A stretch of DNA of 64,000 nucleotides from Eledone cirrhosa (Eukaryota), in NCBI GenBank assembly GCA_964016885.1, contig OZ024742.1, positions 211,420,001 through 211,484,000 of the forward strand, in the 5' to 3' direction. This document shows positions 1 to 13,168 of this stretch, piece after piece. Every line of letters starts with the position of its first letter. The stretch's first letter is position 1. Position numbers and translations under genes: made by a program. The notes under the pieces were generated by a model that was not told the origin of the DNA, did no database searches, and saw only the letters and a list, made by a program, of their open reading frames with translations.

Positions 1-982
1 AATGACGGTATATATTTCATTGCCTGGTTGTTTCATTAGCCAAATATTTTAATCTTACTGGTGCTATGAACCTACTTGTGAATAAGTGGTTTTGCTAAGG
101 ATTGGAGGAAAAGCATTAGTCCTGTACCCACGGAATGCGTACAATAAATCCAATAAACATTAACTTCACAAACAGTAATTCCTCTACTGCAGCGACCATA
201 AAAAACATTAACGGATTAGAGGATTAGAATAATAAGCAGCATGCAGCATCTTTTTATACTCGATATACAATAGTAGTAATAGTAGTAGCAGCGGAACAAC
301 TTATATGTATTAAACAAAAGTGGCATACAACACAAAGCGATGTAGCTGTAACAACATAACAATGTTTGGAAACAAATTATTCAGAGATTTTATCTGCATG
401 AAAAGCAGTAAATTAGAGTTAATATATTTCATGCATCAAAATGCTAACTAGAAACAATTATACGTCAAGTACACGACTTGATTTGATCTGATTATGACTT
501 CATCAACGAACCAGCGTACTTGCTGAAGCAGTTATAGAAGAATCCCTAAGTAAATGTACAGAATTGTACATTGGTTGCCGTAGAAAAATAAAATTGTTTA
601 TAGAATAAATAAAAAAATTGTTACTAAACTTTTTAGCTCCTAAAGTAGAAATGTCTATCCTGGAATAGAAAGATAGTTGAAAAAATAATTATAATTTTCT
701 ATAAATGTTTTATAATCGTAGTGTGCATTACTTCGAAGAGAGAGCAGCAAAATAATAAATCTAAGTAAATTCCGTTTCGTGACAGAAACTATATAGTCCG
801 ATCGATCGGACCAACGAAAAGAAAAAACAAATTTCCATTGGTCTTTCCATTACTAATACTATCTACCAATCGCAACTCTCGGCAGAGAAAATGTTGCCAG
901 CGGCCGCTTTAGTTAAATACAACTAATTATTAGGGAATATAACCCTCAGAATAATACCAGGTTTCTGAGGTATTATCCAAGA

Positions 983-1095
983 TAGGGTGTATCAGATATG
1001 ACTCTGTGTGTGTGTATGTGTGAGGGGGAGAGTAAGAGAGTTTAGTTTACACATTGTTCAATTACGGAACACATCTAATTTTTTGATACACCCTG
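983..1095. mobile_element. Tc1/mariner-type MITE remnant
   Basis: Inverted termini (t)AGGGTGTATCA...TGATACACCCTG followed by TA; no coding capacity. Confidence 0.55.
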
Positions 1096-1320
1096 TATTC
1101 TGAATGCCATTGAGAAAAACATGAGCATTAGAACTTATATTTTCACTATTACCTTAAGCCAGTTTTATCATTCATTGATATCTTTGGTTATAAACGTTTG
1201 GTTATAAAACGTTTGCGTAGGATATTGAACTTACTGATCGGTTGATTGATTCATGCTCGTGTTTATGATTCATTCTTTACCACTGGAAACATCGTCGTTA
1301 TCAGTACATTGACGACAAAA

Positions 1321-1553
1321 CAGGGGCGGTGGAAGCATTTCTGAATTGGGAAGACCAAATTTGGACAATTTAGTTGTGGTGATTGGTTTAGCTCTTTGCA
1401 CTCTAAAATGGCCAGAAAATTTCGATATGCCATAAACATAACATGTACATAAATTATAGCGCATATCCAAATAGATGTGTTTTGGTAGTTTGGGGAGAAA
1501 ATATAATTATGGGTGGGGGGCATGCCCCCCACCCACCAGTTCCACTGCCACTG
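1321..1553. mobile_element. MITE with CAGGGGCGGTGGAA-type TIRs (hAT-like termini)
   Basis: Left CAGGGGCGGTGGAA versus reverse complement of the right end CAGTGGCAGTGGAA; subterminal GGGTGGGGGGCATGCCCCCCACCC palindrome; internal segment 1440-1510 recurs at about 12010-12080; no TSD seen. Confidence 0.5.
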
Positions 1554-1738
1554 TATATATATAATTTTTAAAAAATATGCTCTGTGCCCTTTTCATAAGG
1601 GGTTAATATATCGAGCTTCGCATTTGGTAAGAAACTGGTATGATACTCAATTTATTCATCTCCTATACATTCATTTATCATGGCTATTGCTGAGCTTTGT
1701 TACTAAAAGGTTTCACCTGCGCACTCACAGGATGACCA

Positions 1739-1791
1739 GTCTTTTCTGATGGTCCTGTGAGTACTCAGGTGAAACTCCAGAGTAACAAGGC
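1739..1791 (+). ncRNA. Degenerate type I hammerhead ribozyme fold (probable PLE terminal remnant)
   Basis: CTGATGG (A9 changed to G), stem II CCTG/CAGG, GAAA, stem III ACTC/GAGT, GTA site, partial stem I. Confidence 0.45.
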
Positions 1792-2331
1792 TTAGCCATA
1801 ATAAATGAATATTTAAACTCTACTTCAGTATTGAGTTTTCATTCTTACGTCCGTCAATAATTCGGGTACTCTCAGGTCTTGAATAATTGTACCCACCCCC
1901 CACTTATTGATTTATCAGATTTCCCCACCCTATCTCGCTTATTAAATTTCGCTAGTTTCTCTCCGGCGAAATTTTATTGTAAGTGATTCATATTGATACA
2001 GCAGCCGGAGAATCTAATGATAATTTTATTTTATACTAGCAGAATGGCCCGGCGTTGCTCGGGATTTGCTCTAGGGTTCTTATATATTTGATATATATTT
2101 ATCCTTATCGAGCCCCGTGAAATAAATACGTTTGTTTATATTTTGTTATTGTGTATGCAAAAATACCTGTACACGAATATATAATTATATACATATTAAA
2201 ATAGCAGATTAAAGTTTAAGCAAAGAATCGCTGCTTTCACCCTTAACGGGATCTTCTGAAACTACTATGTATCTAAAAAGAGAAAGACTAAGGGCGAGAT
2301 AAAGAGATCGCTAAATCGCCTAATGCGGTCC

Positions 2332-2646
2332 CTAGGGCATTGAAAATTTGAAAATTTTTTTGCTCAAAACACTCACAGGATCATAAGTATTACATGTGAC
2401 ACTCCGACGACGTTTTCGCTGGTCTTCTGTCTCGGCAGCTTGTGCAGCAGAAGTTGATGCAGCATCAGCCGTTCGGCGATTGGTTCGTTGTTTGTATGTT
2501 TCAAGTGCTCTTCTGGTGGCAGTACGTTCTGCATCTTGCGCCAGTCGAATAGCAGTTTCCACTGACGATTCGTTTGCCCGCCTTGTCCTTTCTCTTGCCA
2601 CTATCGCAGTATTTCGGCCAATGCAGTATCTCTTCCTTCGAGGCAT
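2332..2646 (-). pseudogene. Truncated Helitron RepHel N-terminus (STPR-like charged repeats)
   Basis: MPRRKR start followed by periodic RRANES/RRALET/QAAETEDQR repeats typical of animal Helitron N-termini; fused at about 2397 to non-coding Helitron sequence. Confidence 0.6.
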
Positions 2647-3002
2647 GATCTAAAAGCAGTATGAAGTACAGTAAGACTAATTGGTAAGTAAGGAGTAAAC
2701 TCGTCAGTGATGCATGTGATATCCGAACCGTTGACTTAAAGTTTAAGCAAAGAATCGCTGCTTTCACCCTTAACGGGATCTTCTACCTAAAAGCAATATG
2801 AAGTACACTAAGACTAACTGATGTAATCGTATGCAATTGTTAGCCTTGTTTGTTTATATATATTTTTTTGTGTATGCAAAAATATCTGTCAGTGATGCAT
2901 GTGATTATGTAATCGCCGGCCTTGTTTGTTTATATTTTGTTCTTGTGTATGCATCGTATGTAATTGTTGGCCTTGATTGTTTATATTTTGTTTTTGAGTA
3001 TG

Positions 3003-3076
<74 letters not shown>

Positions 3077-3264
3077 TAACATATTAAAGTTTAAGCAAAG
3101 AATCGCTGCTTTCAACCTTAACGGGATCTTCTGAAACTCAAAAAATCAATCTGTGAACGCAGATGTAAATATTTCGAAAAACGTTGCAACCGAAGGAAAA
3201 CAGGAAGACGATACTTTGGTTCGTGAAGACGTTCCCTGGCATAAGATTATATATATATATATAT

Positions 3265-3736
3265 AGAGAGAGAAAATTGAGGTTGGTAATGGCACATGCA
3301 ATATATAAGAGACAGAATACTTTTTTGTGAAAAAACATATAATTTTATAAGGTAAGGAAATAATAAAGGGTATAAAAAATGACCGGTTTCGATGGGTCTG
3401 CAAAAGCCATCTTTTCAAATGTTGATTAATATTAAGAAAAATTAATAATACGAAGAGTTAAAATTTGAGATTTGAAAATTCAAGTATAAAATTCATTGTG
3501 GGATTTCATAGTAGTTTTCATCTAGGTAGCAACAACAGGTTGACTGCTGTGTCCCTTTCTGGTAGTGAATGAGAAGTTATTTAGGGTGTGGGTTATTTTA
3601 TAAAGGTCAGATTTAGCAATGGCCAACTGGCCAGCTGCTGGTCAGTGAGGAGGCGGAAGCAATATACAGACACATATCTTCCTGTGGTGGGTAGGAGAGT
3701 GGAGCGTGATAGAAAGGGATTTAGTGCACTTACACC

Positions 3737-3740
<4 letters not shown>
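3265..3740 (-). mobile_element. PLE pseudo-LTR fragment with hammerhead-like fold (3376-3423)
   Basis: Minus strand reads TTGAAAA, stem II GATGG/CCATC, GAAAC-CG-GTC; lies between (TA)n tracts inside the Helitron. Confidence 0.55.
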
Positions 3741-4530
<790 letters not shown>

Positions 4531-4590
4531 CTGATCGCGTCATAATGACGTAATGCAGACAGCCAGGCATACAGACAGATATTATAAGGG

Positions 4591-4771
4591 CGGTGGATTG
4601 GCAGTATCGGTAGAGGGTCAGACGCCATGCTTTGCAGAGCTAAACTCCCTTTATGGTCTGAGTTCAAATCCCGCCGAGGTTAACTTTGCCTTTCATCCTT
4701 ACGGGGTCGATAAAATAAAGTACCAGTAATGCACTGGGATAATTGCTGGCCTTGTCCCAATAGTAGAAACA
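4591..4771 (+). mobile_element. tRNA-derived SINE (family 1) with 10-bp TSD
   Basis: Box A-like TGGCAGTATCGG, box B GAGTTCAAATCC, body CTTTGCCTTTCATCC...GTCGATAAAATAAAGTACCAG; ATTATAAGGG duplicated at 4581-4590 and 4772-4781; the empty site is visible in the Helitron copy near 42557. Confidence 0.85.
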
Positions 4772-5184
4772 ATTATAAGGGTGCAACGTTATATCTATGT
4801 ATCTGTCTAAAAAGAGAAAGACTAAGAGTTATAGAGAAATCTCTCTCTATAACTCTTAGTCTTTCTCTAAATCGCCTAATGTGGTGCCCAGGGCATTGAA
4901 AATTTGAAATCTTTTTTGCTCAAAACACTCACAGGACCATAAGTATCACATGTGTAAAGTTTGAAAACAATGGGTTGGGTGGTTCTCGAGTTTTAGTGAT
5001 TGAACAGACAGACAGAGAGACATTCTCTGTTTTAGATATATAGTTTAAAAAAAACATTATATATGACAAAAGAAGAACATTACATAAATTCCCATATTTA
5101 CGAATGTACACTAGACAATTACTGATTTCCCAAGCCCCCCCCCCCCATATTGCCACTCTTCCTATTATTTAGGACTCGAGAGTG

Positions 5185-5596
5185 CCACCAAACTCTCCTC
5201 CTCTCTATATCTATCACACAAAACTCTCTTTTAATCGCCCTCTCTGTATCTACTAAAACCAAACTTCTACATCTACCACGACACCGCCTCTCTTATCCCA
5301 CTCTCTATATCTAAGACTAATACACTCTCTCACTTTCTATAGATATCTACACTTATCTCTCCCAATCCCTCTCTGTATATGAATCACCCTTAAACTCTCA
5401 TCTCTATATCTACTACACGGAACTCTCCCATTATTACACTCTGTATATCTACAATCACCAAATACTCCTCTTCTCTACATAAACCATACGACAATCTCTC
5501 CCAGTCCCCCTCTCTATATCAATTAACACCAAACTCTCCCCCTCTCTATATCGACTACACGGAACTTTGTTCCAATAGCCCTCTCTATATCAATTA
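5185..5596. repeat. Degenerate ~30-bp CT-rich tandem array, left part
   Basis: Recurrent CTCTCTATATC(T/A)A...AACTCTCCC units; continues at 11278-12005. Confidence 0.8.
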
Positions 5597-5797
5597 CCAC
5601 TTGATATAGACGTGATTTACTTTGCTCCGGATTTTTGCGGATTGTTGTAAAAAAGAACTGTGAGTTTATTGATCAATTTAATAACATTGTTTGGTTTAGC
5701 CCCTTGCCTTGGCCGTCAGACGTTAAGTCAACAAATTTTCGCCCCTTTCTGGGGCGAAATTTTCAATTTTCATCTAAAAACTGTAGACTTGGTGGCA

Positions 5798-7554
5798 ATG
5801 GATGCCATTTCCACCTCGCACACTGTCGTGAGTGCCACGCCCACTAAGAAAAGTGGTGGAGGGAAGCCGTCCCCCCTCGCATCATCGAAAAACGTGGAAA
5901 ATATCGAAACCGCGAAACCAAACCCGGCAAATAATACCAGCACCAACAACAAGAACAATGACAACAACACCACAACCAACAACTGCAACAATAGCAACAC
6001 CAATATTACCAACAGTGACAGTAACACGAAAGACAACAACACCAAAACAACATTCGCACAGACCGTAAAAAAAACGAACTATACACGCCAATAGACATAA
6101 CAAATGCTAAACAACTATTACAAGACGCAAAACAATTCGTGACTTTTGGCGAAAACGGTGCTTTTAGCATCAATTCTCCACAGGAATTACGTAGAGAGGC
6201 TGTCCTGAAAACTGTGGTTTTCAGGACAATATCGAACGTAACAAGAAAACCAGCTCAATTATCACAAAATGAAATTGAGTTGGTTCTAAAAGACGCAATG
6301 AAGGACTTAACCTTCATACAAAAAGGTAAACTGTTTGGTAGCATTTCGGTGCTGATGAACAACCAGTCAACAGCTCAAAAGTACTCGGTAGCACCCATTG
6401 TGTCCCCCCGCTTCACCTTTTACCCCACATACAGGGGAAAAAGGACACAAAGAATAAAAATAATGAGTATCACACCAAATGTAAATATTTGGTGGATACT
6501 ATGTGGAATAATAAACTTTGACGAAGACAATATAATTTCAATAGGAAAGTCCTCCGGAGGTGTATTTGGTGGGACCACCGTAGAAGTTCTGGTGCAAATG
6601 AGCCCAGAACGAATAGCGAATATCCCACAACGCGTGCCTCTGGACGGGCTAACTTATATAAATATTTCAGTGGAGGGAAGGCGGCCGTCATGTTACCACT
6701 GCTTAAGAAGGGGTCACCTGAGGGCTGCCTGTCCTCAATTAACGAGTCAAAAAAAAAAGGCTCTTCTGCCAACCCCGAACACAACAACACAACCACCACC
6801 ACCACCACCACCACCACAACAACAACACAGAAAAATAACAACACAAAACACTGTTCCACCCAACCCCTCCCCACCTAAAACAAATACAAAAGCAACCACA
6901 ACAAAACCCCAAAATATACCCCTCCCCAACAACACGGAAGAGGACTCCGTATCAACGTCACCCAGTGACGACGAGGGAGAACCCTTTCAACAGGTGAAAA
7001 GGAAAAAAAAAAGGCACCACATTAACAAAAATGCCACAAACACACAGCCACCAGCACAAACAGAACAAACATCACAAATAAAAAAACCCACCCCTCCCCA
7101 AAACATAACATGTACTATAAAACGCAAACACGCGCAAGAACAACAAACAAAAACAAACACAACAAAACAAAAACTCTATACATACATTAACAAGAACAAT
7201 AAAACGTTGATGAAAGCGATAGAAAATAACCCTTCGGTGGAAACCGAAGGGATCACTTTCACCTACGCAGCGAACAAACCGCACCTAATGATGATTAGGG
7301 TGCCAACGGAAACCTATGTAACTTTGAAAAAGAACCATCTAATGCATGTGGGGACCAACTGCACCAAACCACATAACAGCGTCCTATTGAGATGTTTCCC
7401 CACCCCCACACCAGACACCCACACCCCACCAAACATCCTAATCCCACCACACACTGATGTCCTCACCCCACCACAAGCCACCACCCCACCAAACAACCCT
7501 TCCAACACCCCCATGGAAATTGTGCAGCCTGGTCCCCAGGAGACGAAGAGGTAA
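5798..7554 (+). CDS. ORF1 gag-like nucleic-acid-binding protein (one frameshift at about 6070)
   Basis: ATG at 5798 gives MDAIST...TFAQTVKK; a -1 shift in the A8 run joins it to the 6139-7554 frame, which holds CYHCLRRGHLRAAC (CX2CX4HX4C), a Pro/Thr-rich region and FQQVKRKKKR. Confidence 0.75.
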
Positions 7555-7596
7555 GTAATTTCCTTTCCTCTTCCTTTTTACCTCTTCAGCACCAAC

Positions 7597-10500
7597 ATGG
7601 CCAATATAAGAGTTGGATGTGTGAATGTACGCGGCTTGGGGATGTCCTGGAAACAGGGCAAACTCTTAAATGACCTCAGGTCGCACAGAGTGGATGTAAT
7701 GGTTATTTGCGAGTCCAGGATCAGCAGCGAGCGCCAACTGGCCCCCATCTTCGACGACTTTGAGATCTACGCATCTCTCTGTCAGCCGAGGGGTGGGGGT
7801 GGGGCTGTCCTTCTGCTGCGAAAATACCTGGGTCTTGCCACACAGAAGGTACACCTGGACCCGGAGGGTCGACTGGTGGTTTTAGACGTCAGCAGTGGTG
7901 AAGGTGGAGCTTTCAGGCTGGTGGCAGCGTATGCCCCATCTGGGACACCGCGACCGGACTTCTTCCGACGCCTGGAGAATTTCCTGGGAACGTCTCGCTC
8001 CTTGCTTTTAGTGGGGGACTGGAATGGTATCCTGGATGCACGGTGGGACTATGTAGGGGCATGTCCCGATAGAGGGGGGTGTAACAGCCTCAAACGATTA
8101 ATCGGCCGATTTGATCTGGCCGATAGATACCGACTGGATTTTCCGACTGTGCCATGGTGGACGTGGAGTAATCGCAGCGGAACATCCAGGTCGTACCTAG
8201 ATAGGTTCCTAGTTAGAAATAAGGATAGGGACATATTAAGCTGTCCACGAATGTTCATGGTTGACTATTCGGATCACAAGTTGTTGACCGGAGTGGTCAA
8301 CCTTGATAGAACTCATAGACAGGGACCCGGTTACTGGAAGCTAAACTTGTCTTTACCGACAAACAAAGCTTACAGTAGGCGGATTAGCACACTAGTTAAG
8401 CAGCGTTTGACGGGGGCAATTGTCAACAACAGGTGGTGGGGCTCTCTCAAGAGAGAAATTAGAATAGAATCGATAGGTTTTAGTCGGGAATTAGCATCAG
8501 ATAGGAATATAACTGAAAGGGAATTAACAAATAGAGTAGAAGAGGCGATTAGGAGTGGCAACGTGGCCGGCGTGCTGGCGTCAAGAACGGCCCTAAACCA
8601 GTTCTTTGATGCGAAGCACGAGGGCTGCGTTGTCAGGAGTAAAATACGTGCTCTGGGTAACGAGGGAGCCAAAGCTGTTAGCTGGGCCCGAGTGACAGAG
8701 GCAAAAAGTGGAAACAAGTCCACGATTCGGTCTTTGAAGGACCAGGATGGACGCGTGATCCTTGAACCTGAGCGGATGAGCGCGGCCTTTCAACGGCGCT
8801 TTGCACGACTGTTCGGGAGGGGCGGCAGGCCGGGTGGGGCCATGGATTTCGGTCCATACCTCGACGGTCTGGCGCGGCTCTCGGATGGGGAGGCGAAGTC
8901 CTGCGAGAGGCTGATTTCAGCCGCTGAAATAGGGGAAGCGCTGAGCCAATGCGGCAAACGCAAATCTCCGGGTCTCGATGGTCTACCATACGAACTTTAT
9001 GTAGCGATGCCGGGCTTGTTCTCCGGTCTCCTCGAGGCGGTCTACTGCAACTGGCAACAGAACGGGAGAATTCCCAGTTCTGTGACCAAGGGCGTAGTCA
9101 CGCTGGTGAGGAAGGACGAGAACAAGGGGGATGACATAGATAACTTCAGGCCCATAACTCTGCTAAACACAGAGTTAAAAATTTTGGCCAAGGTGTTAGC
9201 GAAGAGGTTAGCGCTTGTCGTCGGGAACCTGGTGGGAGAAGCGCAGACATGCGCAATCCCGTCCAGGTCCATACACGACAACCTCCACCTCATACGATAC
9301 ATCGTAGAGAGGGTAGGGAACGAACCCGGCTTTGGTGGGGCCCTGATCAACTTGGATCAATCTAAAGCGTTCGATAGGGTTGACCATCGGTATCTGGATG
9401 CGGTGCTCGCGGCGGCAGGCTTCGGACCCGTTTTCAGGGGCTGGATTGCTGCAATGCACAGCAGCAACACCTGCTCGAGAGTCGAGGTGAACGGCTACCT
9501 CTCGGGGCCGTTCCAAATCACGCGATCCATTTGACAGGGATGCCCTCTCTCCTCCCTCCTGTATGTGTTGGCTCTCGAGCCACTACTGAGGAAGTTGGAG
9601 CTGTTGCAGGGCATCCCCTTGGAACCGGGATTGCGGAAAGCGGTGTCGGCCTACGCCGATGACGTGACAGTAATGGTGTCGTGCACCTCGGAAATCGGGC
9701 AGATCGGCACCTTACTGGAGGAATATGAAATGTTCACAGGAGCCAAGCTGAACCGGGACAAGTCCGTCGGTTTGCAACTCGGGACGTGGAGAGGCAAAAC
9801 GATGCCCTCCGACGGCATCGTCGGACGCTGGACGAAGGGACCGGTGAAGCTGCTCGGGGTCTGGTTCGGACCGGACCTCCAGGTGGAGAAAAACTGGGAC
9901 GAGGTAACGGGCAAGGTGTTTGCACTCGCCCAGAAGTGGGCCGAGTGCAAACTATCCCTGAAAGGTCGAGCGGAGGTGGCGAACGCTTATATAGCGTCCG
10001 TCATCTACTACCGCTTGACGGTCGTGCCTTGCCCAGAGAAAACACTCGCCAAAATGGAGCGCGCGCTCTTCCGATTTCTTTGGAAGAAGCGGGCTCCTTT
10101 GGTGAGAAGATCCATCTGCTGTCAACACCCTTCGAACGGAGGGCTGGGGATGCCGTGGCTGACGATGCGTAGACACGCATTAAGGCTACGGCACCTCCAG
10201 GTATTCCTCACCGGTCAGCCGGTGTGGGCCCTGTTTGTGAGGCGAGCCTTTCCGAGACTCGTCTCACTCACCGAGCTGCAATCCTGGGTCAAGCAAAGAC
10301 CGAGAAAAGTGGGCGACTGGCACATTGAATGTGCCCAGGCGCTCACGGCCCTCTGGCAAGCGGATCCGGCAATCAGTGGAGACTCAACCTCAACATTCTA
10401 TAGAGGGTTGGTGCGCAGTAAGTGCGACGACGCTCTCGGAGAGGCTCTGGGCATGGAGGAAGACGAGCTGGCCAGTCTGTTCGGTAGGACGTTTGGCCCG

Positions 10501-11034
10501 GGACCGATGGACAACTTCCAAAAGTCCCTGGCTTGGCAATGTTACCGAGGAGCTCTACCCGTTCGGGGCAAGCTCTACAGACACGGGCGCCCGGGTAGGG
10601 ACCCCTCGAAGAAGATCTGTCCAAGATGCGTGCGTGACGAGGAAACCGTCGCACACGCATTCGTACACTGTCCGGGCGTTGCTGACCTGTGGGGCTATGT
10701 AGAACGACTACTGTCGCGGGTGGGACCAATCCGGTTGACCACCGAGAACATTGTCACAATCAAACCGCCTCCCCCTTTCAAAAACGAAGGAGAGGCGGTT
10801 TTCCTCTGTGTGATAGCCATGGCGAAAGAAGTTGTATGGTGGACAAGGTTGAAAGGGCTGAGGTCAGACACCTTTCTCTCTGGCCAACAACTGGTCTTTT
10901 TTTTCAAGTACCACTTTAGAAGAAGGATCAGAATGGAGAGAGAGGTGCTCTACCCCAGCAAGTTTTATGAAAGGTGGGTGAAAGTAGCGAGAATGGCCCG
11001 GGTGAATGGGCCTTCTCTCTATATCAGCCTGTAG
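7597..11034 (+). CDS. ORF2 APE endonuclease-reverse transcriptase (single in-frame TGA at 9532-9534)
   Basis: NVRGL, GDWN, YLDRF and SDH endonuclease motifs; GYWKLN; KSPGLDG, FRPITLLN, LDQSKAFDRV, I*QGCPLSP, AYADD; GGLG; CPRC...ETVAHAFVHC. The two listed ORFs are in the same frame. Confidence 0.92.
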
Positions 11035-11277
11035 GTGAGAGAGGAGAAGAATGAGAAGAGGAGGGAAGCACCCGCTCTTTGTGCTCCTGAAGAGGAGGGT
11101 TGCACATTTTTTCGGGGGTGTGTGCGACCCATGTCAACGCCCCTCCCTATTGAGGACATCGATTGTTAAATTTAATTTGTTATATGTTTTTTACACGCCT
11201 TTTTAAATGTATGTAAACTCCCCCCTTTGTATTTGTCCCAATCTGTGATGCCCTGGTGGCAAATAAATAAAAATATA

Positions 11278-12005
11278 TATATCAATTAATACCAAACTCT
11301 CCCCCTCTCTATATCTACTCCCTTCCAATCCGCTCTCTATATCTACTCTCTTCCAATCCCCCTCTATATATCTACTATACAGAACTCTGCCAAACCCCTC
11401 TAAACTATCCGCCTCTCTACATCTACCATACAACACTATCTCCCAATCCCCCTATCTATATCAATTATCACCTTACTATCCCCTCTCTATAATCTACCAT
11501 ACAACACTCTCTCTCATTTCCTCTCACTCTATCCATCACTACCAAACTCTCCACCTCTCTACATCAACCATACAATATACTCTCCCAATATCCCAATCTC
11601 CCTCTCTATATCAATTAACACCAACAACCATACAACATATTCTCCCAATCCCCCTCTCTATATCTATCAATACCTATCTCTCTGAATCCTCTCACTCTAT
11701 TCATTACCACCAAACTCTCACCCTCTCTACATCAACCATACAATATACTCTCCCAAACCCCTCTATATATCAATCACCCCTAAACTCTCCCCCTCTCTAT
11801 ATCTACTACACGGGACTTTCTTCCAATCCCCCTCTATATATCAATTAGCACCAAAATCCCTCCCTCTCTATATCTACTACATGGAAGGAACTCTCTTCAA
11901 ATTCCTCTCACTGTATCAATAAACATCAATCTCTCCTCATCTCTATAACTAATATACGACACACTCTCCCAACCTTCCTCTCTATGGCTATATCTACCTC
12001 TCCCA
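11278..12005. repeat. Degenerate ~30-bp CT-rich tandem array, right part
   Basis: Same unit as 5185-5596; the register is restored when the LINE and one TSD copy are removed. Confidence 0.8.
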
Positions 12006-12107
12006 TACTATGTACATAAATTTAGCGCATATACAAATAGAAGTGTGTTTTGTTAATTTGGGGAGAAAAATATAATTATTCGTCATTTTAAAAGATTTAA
12101 AATCCCG

Positions 12108-12348
12108 GAGAGCTCAATTTGCTGGCCACTCTCACCGTGCCAGTAATGAAATCATATCCGCTCTCTTGCTCTGGAACCCTGACTACAGCCTGACTAGGAG
12201 TAGGAAGCTGTCATTCCCTGACGTTATCTCTAGGGATACGGGAATCAGCAGACAGGACCTGGGGGCAGCGATGGGGGACAGGGTATTCTGGGGCATGAGA
12301 GTGAGATCCATCATCTCGACAGTAGTCGACGAGTGATGGTGATGATGA
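12108..12348 (+). mobile_element. RTE-clade LINE 3' fragment
   Basis: Translates RAQFAGHSHRASNEIISALLLW...DTG...AMGDRVFW, similar to the C-terminus encoded at 24551-24817; (GAT)n-like tail. Confidence 0.7.
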
Positions 12349-12445
12349 AGGTTTGGGAGGACTAGATTTCAAATTTTCCCAACCGATTGTTTACACTTTT
12401 AGCTAGAAACTTAAAATCTTCTAAAGAGACGGAATTAGAACCCAG

Positions 12446-12625
12446 CTGCTCTTTAGCGTAGTGGTTAAAGTACTCATCTGACATCCGAGAGATGTGGAGT
12501 TCGATTTCTCGCAGGTGCATCTGTTCCCCTTTTATCCATCTCCTGAGGTACTTTACCCGATTTACTCAACTATTATGTATAGTGACTACTATTATCATGA
12601 TCATTTGCATTGGAACTCACACACA
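12446..12625 (+). mobile_element. tRNA-derived SINE-like sequence or tRNA pseudogene head; partly duplicated at 12850-12995
   Basis: Box A TAGCGTAGTGG and box B GAGTTCGATT with tRNA-like spacing, but poor cloverleaf pairing. Confidence 0.55.
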
Positions 12626-13088
12626 TCTCTCTCTCTCCCTCTCATTCTATCTCCCTCTCTCATCATTTGTATTATTCTTTAATATAACGCATAGATGAGG
12701 CGGCCCTCCCAAATTTTATATAACGCCCCAGAAGTGTTACAGTCGTATTTGAATAAATAAATAAATAAATAAATAAACATTGGTCTTAAATCAATGTTTT
12801 TGTTTTTTGTTTTTTGTTTTTCTGTTTTAAATCTTATGCTTCAACCTTTCATCTGACATTCGAGAGATGTGGAGTTCGATTTCTTGCAGGTGCATCTGTT
12901 CCCCTTTTATCCATCTCCTGAGGTACTTTGCCCGATTTACTCAACTATTATGTATAGTGACTACTATTATCATGATCATTTGCATTGGAACTCACACACA
13001 CACACACACACACATATATACATATATCATGTTTGATATAGAAATTGCTTCTACAGGACTAGAACTGTTTCATTCAAAAGAAACCCGG

Positions 13089-13167
<79 letters not shown>

Positions 13168-13168
<1 letters not shown>

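Larger units (their letters stand above)
5597..11277 (+). mobile_element. Full-length Tx1/L1-group non-LTR retrotransposon
   Basis: ORF1 with CCHC knuckle, ORF2 with APE endonuclease, RT and C-terminal Cys/His motif, AATAAA-containing A-rich end, TSD TATATCAATTA at 5586-5596 and 11278-11288. Confidence 0.92.

Noticed and set aside
9532-9534. Programmed read-through or selenocysteine TGA in ORF2
   Set aside because: It falls at the conserved Arg of (I/V)RQGCPLSP; CGA-to-TGA deamination is the simpler explanation.
12446-12520. Functional tRNA gene
   Set aside because: Box A and box B are present, but the acceptor and anticodon stems pair poorly; better read as a SINE head or pseudogene.
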